From Tubiluchus corallicola (taxonomy: Eukaryota > Animalia > Priapulida): 36,693 bases of DNA. A model generated the notes under the pieces. The model had not been told where the DNA came from, did no database searches, and saw nothing but the letters and a program-made list of their open reading frames with translations. The stretch spans positions 1-36,693 of the forward strand of contig JAQGDQ010000350.1 of the NCBI GenBank assembly GCA_030141605.1, given 5' to 3'. Both the position numbers and the translations under genes were made by a program. Positions 33,101-36,693 of this stretch are shown piece by piece (positions within the stretch are counted from its first letter, which is position 1; every line of letters starts with the position of its first letter).

Positions 33101-35275
33101 TGTGTGCTCTGTATTTTACCAGTAGAATGACCGTCAATGTATAATTCCACTCTGTGTGCTCTGTATGTAACCAGTAGAATGACCGTCAATGTATAATTCC
33201 ACTCTGTGTGCTCTGTATGTAGCCAGCAGAATGACCGTCAATGTATAATTCCACTCTGTGTGCTAAGCAGTAGAATGACCGTCAATGTATAATTCCACTC
33301 TGTATGTAACCAGTAGAATGACCGTCAATGTATAATTCCACTCTGTGTGCTCTGTATTTTACCAGCAGAGTGACCGTCAATGTATAATTCCACTCTGTGT
33401 GCTCTGTATTTTACCAGCAGAATGACCGTCAATGTATAATTCCACTCTGTGTGCTCTGTATGTAACCAGTAGAATGACCGTCAATGTATAATTCCACTCT
33501 GTGTTCTAACCAGTAGAATGACCGTCAATGTATAATTCCACTCTGTGTTCTAACCAGTAGAATGACCGTCAATGTGTAATTCCACTCTGTATGTAACCAT
33601 GTAACCAGTAAAATGACCGTCAATGTATAATTCCACTCTGTGTGCTCTGTATGTAACCAGTAGAATGACCGTCAATGTATAATTCCACTCTGTGTGCTCT
33701 GTATGTAACCAGTAGAATGACCGTCAATGTATAATTCCACTCTGTGTGCTAACCAGTAGAATGACCGTCAATGTATAATTCCACTCTGTGTGCTCTGTAT
33801 GTAACCAGTAGAATGACCGTCAATGTATAATTCCACTCTGTGTGCTAACCAGTAGAATGACCGTCAATGTATAATTCCACTCTGTGTGCTCTGTGTGCTA
33901 ACCAGTAGAATGACCGTCAATGTATAATTCCACTCTGTGTGCTAACCAGTAGAATGACCGTCAATGTATAATTCCACTCTGTGTGCTAACCAGTAGAATG
34001 ACCGTCAATGTATAATTCCACTCTGTATGTAACCAGTAGAATGACAGTCAATGTATAATTCCACTCTGTGTGCTCTGTATGTAACCAGTAGAATGACCGT
34101 CAATGTATAATTCCACTCTGTGTGCTCTGTATGTAACCAGTAGAATGACCGTCAATGTATAATTCCACTCTGTGTGCTAACCAGTAGAATGACCGTCAAT
34201 GTATAATTCCACTCTGTATGTAACCAGTAAAATGACCGTCAATGTATAATTCCACTCTGTGTGCTCTGTATGTAACCAGTAGAATGACCGTCAATGTATA
34301 ATTCCACTCTGTGTGCTCTGTATGTAACCAGTAGAATGACCGTCAATGTATAATTCCACTCTGTGTGCTAACCAGTAGAATGACCGTCAATGTATAATTC
34401 CACTCTGTGTGCTCTGTATGTAACCAGTAGAATGACCGTCAATGTATAATTCCACTCTGTGTGCTCTGTATGTAACCAGTAGAATGACCGTCAATGTATA
34501 ATTCCACTCTGTGTTCTAACCAGTAGAATGACCGTCAATGTATAATTCCACTCTGTGTGCTCTGTATGTAACCAGTAGAATGACCGTCAATGTATAATTC
34601 CACTCTGTGTGCTCTGTATGTAACCAGTAGAATGACCGTCAATGTATAATTCCACTCCGTGTGCTGTGTATGTAACCAGTAGAATGACCGTCAATGTATA
34701 ATTCCACTCTGTGTGCTAACCAGTAGAATGACTGTCAATGTATAATTCCACTCCGTGTGCTGTGTATGTAACCAGTAGAATGACCGTCAATGTATAATTC
34801 CACTCTGTGTGCTCTGTTATGTTTTTACATGTTCAACTTATAACTCGTAGTTTCACTTTAGTAGAAAGTAAGAAACGTATCATTAGAAGTAGATATTTGT
34901 TGTTATTTTTCATAGCCTTGTACTTAATTTGATTAATAAAGAAATATTAGCAAGTGGGATGCTGACACTAATTAAATAATATTTTATAAGTTTATGTACA
35001 ATTCCTAGTGAAATTTTAAGGTTTGTTCCTGTGTACATTATTATGTGCATTGCGTTGTAATTTATAAGAATCTCACCACTTCCTGTTGGATGGAGTGTTA
35101 GTTCTTTGCTTCCTGTTGTGACAGTTATTTGTTATAATTAAGCTGACAATTTTCTTTGTTTTTCCAGGAACAAATTTTGTGACAAAATTCTCAGTGAGCT
35201 GTGACAGATTCATAGACGAAGATGTTCCTATTAATTACGCATTTTACTACACCACAAACGCTAAAAATTCAAAAC
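40..35275 (+). CDS. Partial multi-exon gene: polycystin-1/REJ-family (PKD1-like) protein with at least 23 N-terminal EGF modules, a PKD-like fold and a REJ domain
   Basis: 30 exons with AG acceptors and GT donors (one GC). Intron phases chain without conflict: EGF exons 1/1, 6612-6725 1/1, 8838-9529 1/0, 10604-10806 0/2, 11211-11305 2/1, 26479-26626 1/2, 28433-28680 2/1, 29783-29878 1/1, 35168-35275 1/1. The only exception is the frameshifted EGF copy 18. REJ hallmarks: [54 protein letters not shown]. Confidence 0.88.
4922..5031 (+). pseudogene. Frameshifted EGF exon copy (unit 18, 110 nt); real lesion or assembly error
   Basis: tatacccggcctgt replaces tatacctgcacctgt (net -1 nt, Cys4 codon lost). 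Also a D>Y change. Confidence 0.55.
6612..6725 (+). CDS. Divergent EGF-like exon ([38 protein letters not shown])
   Basis: ttttag acceptor, gtaagt donor, phase 1/1, six Cys with EGF spacing. Confidence 0.92.
7536..8724. repeat. 20-bp minisatellite (ctaaacaacagtgttgaaca)n, about 59 copies
   Basis: Direct periodicity of 20, with one register shift near 8300-8310. Confidence 0.97.
8838..9529 (+). CDS. Large exon: PKD-like fold (TFAWNMGD) leading into the REJ N-terminal region
   Basis: tttttcag acceptor in phase with the previous exon. Matches the 243-aa ORF up to SDK|gtattt. WNMGD resembles the PKD WDFGD core. [24 protein letters not shown] is REJ-like. Confidence 0.9.
9701..9764. repeat. Short 18-bp tandem repeat (atatataacaatgataat), about 3.5 copies
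   Basis: Read directly. Confidence 0.85.
10078..10220. repeat. Tandem duplication with 75-bp offset (CAT/CAC-rich)
   Basis: gttac.tcattgccaccatcataatttccactactgcca.cacagatgctgaccaccacc occurs at 10081 and 10156. Confidence 0.85.
10604..10806 (+). CDS. REJ-domain exon ([20 protein letters not shown]...[10 protein letters not shown]...)
   Basis: tttcag acceptor, gtaagt donor, phase 0/2, conserved LDGSxSxDPD motif. Confidence 0.92.
11211..11305 (+). CDS. REJ-domain exon ([31 protein letters not shown])
   Basis: tttcatgcag acceptor, CAG|gtattg donor, phase 2/1. A YxWxC motif is expected after DPD. Confidence 0.88.
11591..11944. mobile_element. Tc1/mariner (pogo-like) MITE, copy 1
   Basis: TIR ccgtatttattc(g/t)agtataacgcgca at both ends, flanking TA, no ORF. 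A second copy starts at 24629. Confidence 0.88.
12243..12742. mobile_element. hAT-family MITE (500 bp), copy 1
   Basis: TIR caggggtgtgca...tgcacacccctg, perfect 8-bp TSD acatacac (12235-12242 and 12743-12750), subterminal ggcccgc motifs. Confidence 0.92.
12900..13650 (-). mobile_element. Decayed non-LTR retrotransposon (CR1/L2 group) AP-endonuclease fragment
   Basis: [17 protein letters not shown] and ITQPTRIT, then after a frameshift LIDHIYTN...ADHLPI. Boundaries are approximate. Confidence 0.85.
13865..14330. mobile_element. piggyBac-like MITE
   Basis: TTAA at both flanks, TIR ccctttca...tgaaaggg, internal palindromes gtatccc(a/g)tgggatac. Confidence 0.8.
14605..15298. repeat. 33-bp G-rich minisatellite (ttaagttttcataggggagtggcttcggattcg)n
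   Basis: About 19-20 copies, interrupted by a GT-rich patch at 15121-15170. Confidence 0.96.
15410..15730. repeat. Compound CT microsatellite (tctgttttcactcac(tc)n)
   Basis: Read directly. Confidence 0.93.
16488..17300 (-). mobile_element. BEL/Pao LTR-retrotransposon gag fragment (DUF1759-like), 3'-truncated
   Basis: LKRVSIPVF...YENWKAAF...[15 protein letters not shown], preceded by a coiled-coil region. Similarity ends abruptly after SGEA. Confidence 0.85.
17449..17459 (-). promoter_or_regulatory. Primer-binding site complementary to the 3' end of initiator tRNA-Met
   Basis: Minus strand reads TGGTAGCAGAG, 2 nt after the ...AAAACA LTR end and upstream of gag. Confidence 0.8.
17462..17717 (-). 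mobile_element. Putative 5' LTR of the BEL/Pao element
   Basis: Ends in CA just before the PBS and contains AATAAA on the minus strand. The TG start is uncertain (about 17708 or 17717). No second LTR is available for comparison. Confidence 0.55.
18144..18583. mobile_element. piggyBac-like MITE, second family
   Basis: Perfect 13-bp TIR ccacttcactgcc/ggcagtgaagtgg, flanks ttaa and ctaa. Confidence 0.8.
18862..19407 (-). mobile_element. Full-length 5S rRNA-derived SINE (SINE3 type), 546 bp
   Basis: 120-nt 5S head, GC-rich body of about 420 nt, short CAACAATA tail, perfect 12-bp TSD ataagtatatat (18850-18861 and 19408-19419). Confidence 0.88.
19288..19407 (-). rRNA. 5S rRNA-like sequence (SINE head or pseudogene, probably not a functional rRNA gene)
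   Basis: Minus strand GTCTATGGCCAAATCACGTTGAAAAC...GATCACCGAAGTTAAGCAACG...GGTTAGTGCTTGGATTGGTGACCGCCTAGGAATACCAGGTGCTGTAGGCTT. No oligo-T terminator follows. Confidence 0.85.
20817..21795 (-). mobile_element. 5'-truncated decayed LINE (RTEX-like) reverse transcriptase 3' end with (AAATC)n tail
   Basis: [44 protein letters not shown] with stops and frameshifts. AATAAA is followed by AAATCAAATCAAATC. Clade assignment is from motif recall only. Confidence 0.85.
22630..22720. repeat. Degenerate (CAT)n microsatellite
   Basis: Read directly. Confidence 0.8.
23215..23553. mobile_element. Diverged inverted relative of the 18144-18583 MITE
   Basis: 23421-23495 matches the reverse complement of 18155-18228, and 23218-23290 matches that of 18470-18540. 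Ends ggcaatgacgtgg+ttaa. Confidence 0.72.
23806..23926 (+). mobile_element. Possible 3' UTR and tail fragment of a CR1/L2-group LINE
   Basis: actagatgacctacggtctt stem-loop-like motif, AATAAA and a short (tgtcta)2 tail. Confidence 0.4.
24629..24971. mobile_element. Tc1/mariner (pogo-like) MITE, copy 2, inverted relative to copy 1
   Basis: Near-identical reverse complement of 11591-11944. The right terminus is slightly mutated. Confidence 0.87.
25661..26455. repeat. 20-bp composite minisatellite (gtgagtagcy + gtgcaagctt/atgccagctg/atgcctgctg)
   Basis: A GTRAG core recurs every 20 nt from 25671 to 26431 (39 units). Confidence 0.96.
26479..26626 (+). CDS. REJ-domain exon ([49 protein letters not shown])
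   Basis: tttttcag acceptor, AG|gtaaga donor. Phase 1/2 bridges the flanking exons exactly. Confidence 0.85.
27689..28188. mobile_element. hAT-family MITE, copy 2, same orientation
   Basis: Close copy of 12243-12742. Degenerate TSD gattacac/tgttacac. Confidence 0.9.
28433..28680 (+). CDS. REJ-domain exon ([10 protein letters not shown]...KYTW...[19 protein letters not shown])
   Basis: Polypyrimidine tract plus cag acceptor, AAG|gtatgt donor, phase 2/1. Confidence 0.9.
29783..29878 (+). CDS. REJ-domain exon ([32 protein letters not shown])
   Basis: tttcag acceptor, AAG|gtaaaa donor. NxPPxGGxCxIxP motif of the polycystin-1 family. Confidence 0.92.
30105..30175 (-). pseudogene. tRNA-derived SINE head or tRNA pseudogene
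   Basis: Minus strand has A box TAGCTCAACTGG and B box GGTTCAAATCC at tRNA spacing. No good acceptor stem. Confidence 0.6.
30631..31977. repeat. 72-bp minisatellite built from cactgaga(a/g)tgaga subunits, about 18 copies
   Basis: Period of 72 (gtgtgtagca at 30701, 30773 and onward), rearranged units near the right end. Confidence 0.97.
32716..34817. repeat. 52/44-bp minisatellite (aaccagtagaatgaccgtcaatgtataattccactctgtgtgct[ctgtatgt])n
   Basis: About 40-45 copies with an optional 8-nt module. Confidence 0.97.
35168..35275 (+). CDS. REJ-domain exon ([36 protein letters not shown])
   Basis: tttccag acceptor, probable donor gtaata at 35276. TxFxVxCxxF/WxDxDxPxxY motif. Confidence 0.88.
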
Positions 35276-35727
35276 GTAATATTTGTTTTTGTTTACATTT
35301 TGCTTTGGTATTTACATGTTGTTTTGGGTGGGGGTGGGATGCGTAGATGGTCTATTTTCATCGATGGAAAATAGTTTAGCTGATCTGTTTTCATCGTTTT
35401 ACTAACTCTAATGTAGAGGACAGCTAAGCAACTAACTTGATATATTGACATATAACTTGATATATCACATATCGTTACGGGGGCGAAATGCCATTTATTT
35501 TCGGCCCACCCTCTACATTTTGGTGGTCTCGTCCGTACAAACCTGTTGCATAGTTACACCAAATACCAGGTCCTAAAACTGTCGCTACACAGTGACCTCG
35601 TCAGTTCAATGTTCTGATGGACAAGTGCGTTTCCCACTTCAGCACCTGCTCCGTAATGACACTAGAGCGCAGTGGATTGGTTATCTGGCAAGTTACCTAA
35701 ATTTATAAGTTGACTTTGTTTTTGGAA

Positions 35728-36693
35728 CAAGTGTATGTTTAGGAACGTGCATGTCACTACCATCCGGTACACAAGTGTATCTTTAGGAACGTGCATGTCA
35801 CTACCATCCGGTACACAAGTGTATCTTTAGGAACGTGCATGTCACTACCATCCGGTACAAGTGTATGTTTAGGAACGTGCCTGTCACTACCAACCGGTAC
35901 AAGTGTATGTTTAGGAACGTGCATGTCACTACCATCCGGTACACAAGTGTATGTTTAGGAACGTGCATGTCACTACCATCCGGTACACAAGTGTATCTTT
36001 AGGAACGTGCATGTCACTACCATCCGGTACACAAGTGTATGTTTAGGAACGTGCATGTCACTACCATCCGGTACACAAGTGTATGTCTAGGAACATGCAT
36101 GTCACTACCATCCGGTACACAAGTGTATGTTTAGGAACATGCATGTCACTACCATCCGGTACACAAGTGTATGTTTAGGAACGTGCATGTCACTACCATC
36201 CGGTACACAAGTGTATGTTTAGGAACGTGCATGTCACTACCATCCGGTACACAAGTGTATGTTTAGGAACGTGCATGTCACTACCATCCGGTACACAAGT
36301 GTATGTTTAGGAACGTGCATGTCACTACCATCCGGTACACAAGTGTATGTTTAGGAACGTGCATGTCACTACCATCCGGTACACAAGTGTATCTTTAGGA
36401 ACGTGCATGTCACTACCATCCGGTACACAAGTGTATCTTTAGGAACATGCATGTCACTACCATCCGGTACACAAGTGTATGTTTAGGAACATGCATGTCA
36501 CTACCATCCGGTACACAAGTGTATGTTTAGGAACGTGCTTGTCACTACCATCCGGTACACAAGTGTATGTTTAGGAACATGCATGTCACTACCATCCGGT
36601 ACACAAGTGTATGTTTAGGAACGTGCATGTCACTACCATCCGGTACACAAGTGTATCTTTAGGAACATGCATGTCACTACCATCCGGTACACA
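35728..36693. repeat. 44-bp minisatellite (caagtgtatgtttaggaacgtgcatgtcactaccatccggtaca)n, running off the right edge
   Basis: About 22 copies, including two 42-bp variants. Confidence 0.97.

Overview
AT-rich animal (probably invertebrate) genomic DNA, not prokaryotic. The whole window lies inside one large + strand, intron-rich gene whose start and end are outside the window. I read the exons from splice signals and frame continuity. It opens with 22 near-identical 111-nt phase-1 exons, each encoding a calcium-binding-type EGF module ([37 protein letters not shown]), inside a 287-bp exon+intron tandem array (1-6230). These are followed by one divergent EGF exon and seven phase-compatible exons (about 530 aa) encoding a PKD-like fold and a REJ domain, which points to a polycystin-1/REJ (receptor for egg jelly)-family protein with a recently amplified EGF stalk. 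The introns, one about 15.2 kb long, contain six unrelated minisatellites, mariner/pogo-, hAT- and piggyBac-type MITEs, two decayed LINE fragments, a BEL/Pao 5'LTR-PBS-gag fragment, and a complete 5S rRNA-headed SINE with a perfect 12-bp target-site duplication. Most ORFs in the supplied track are antisense or repeat artefacts.
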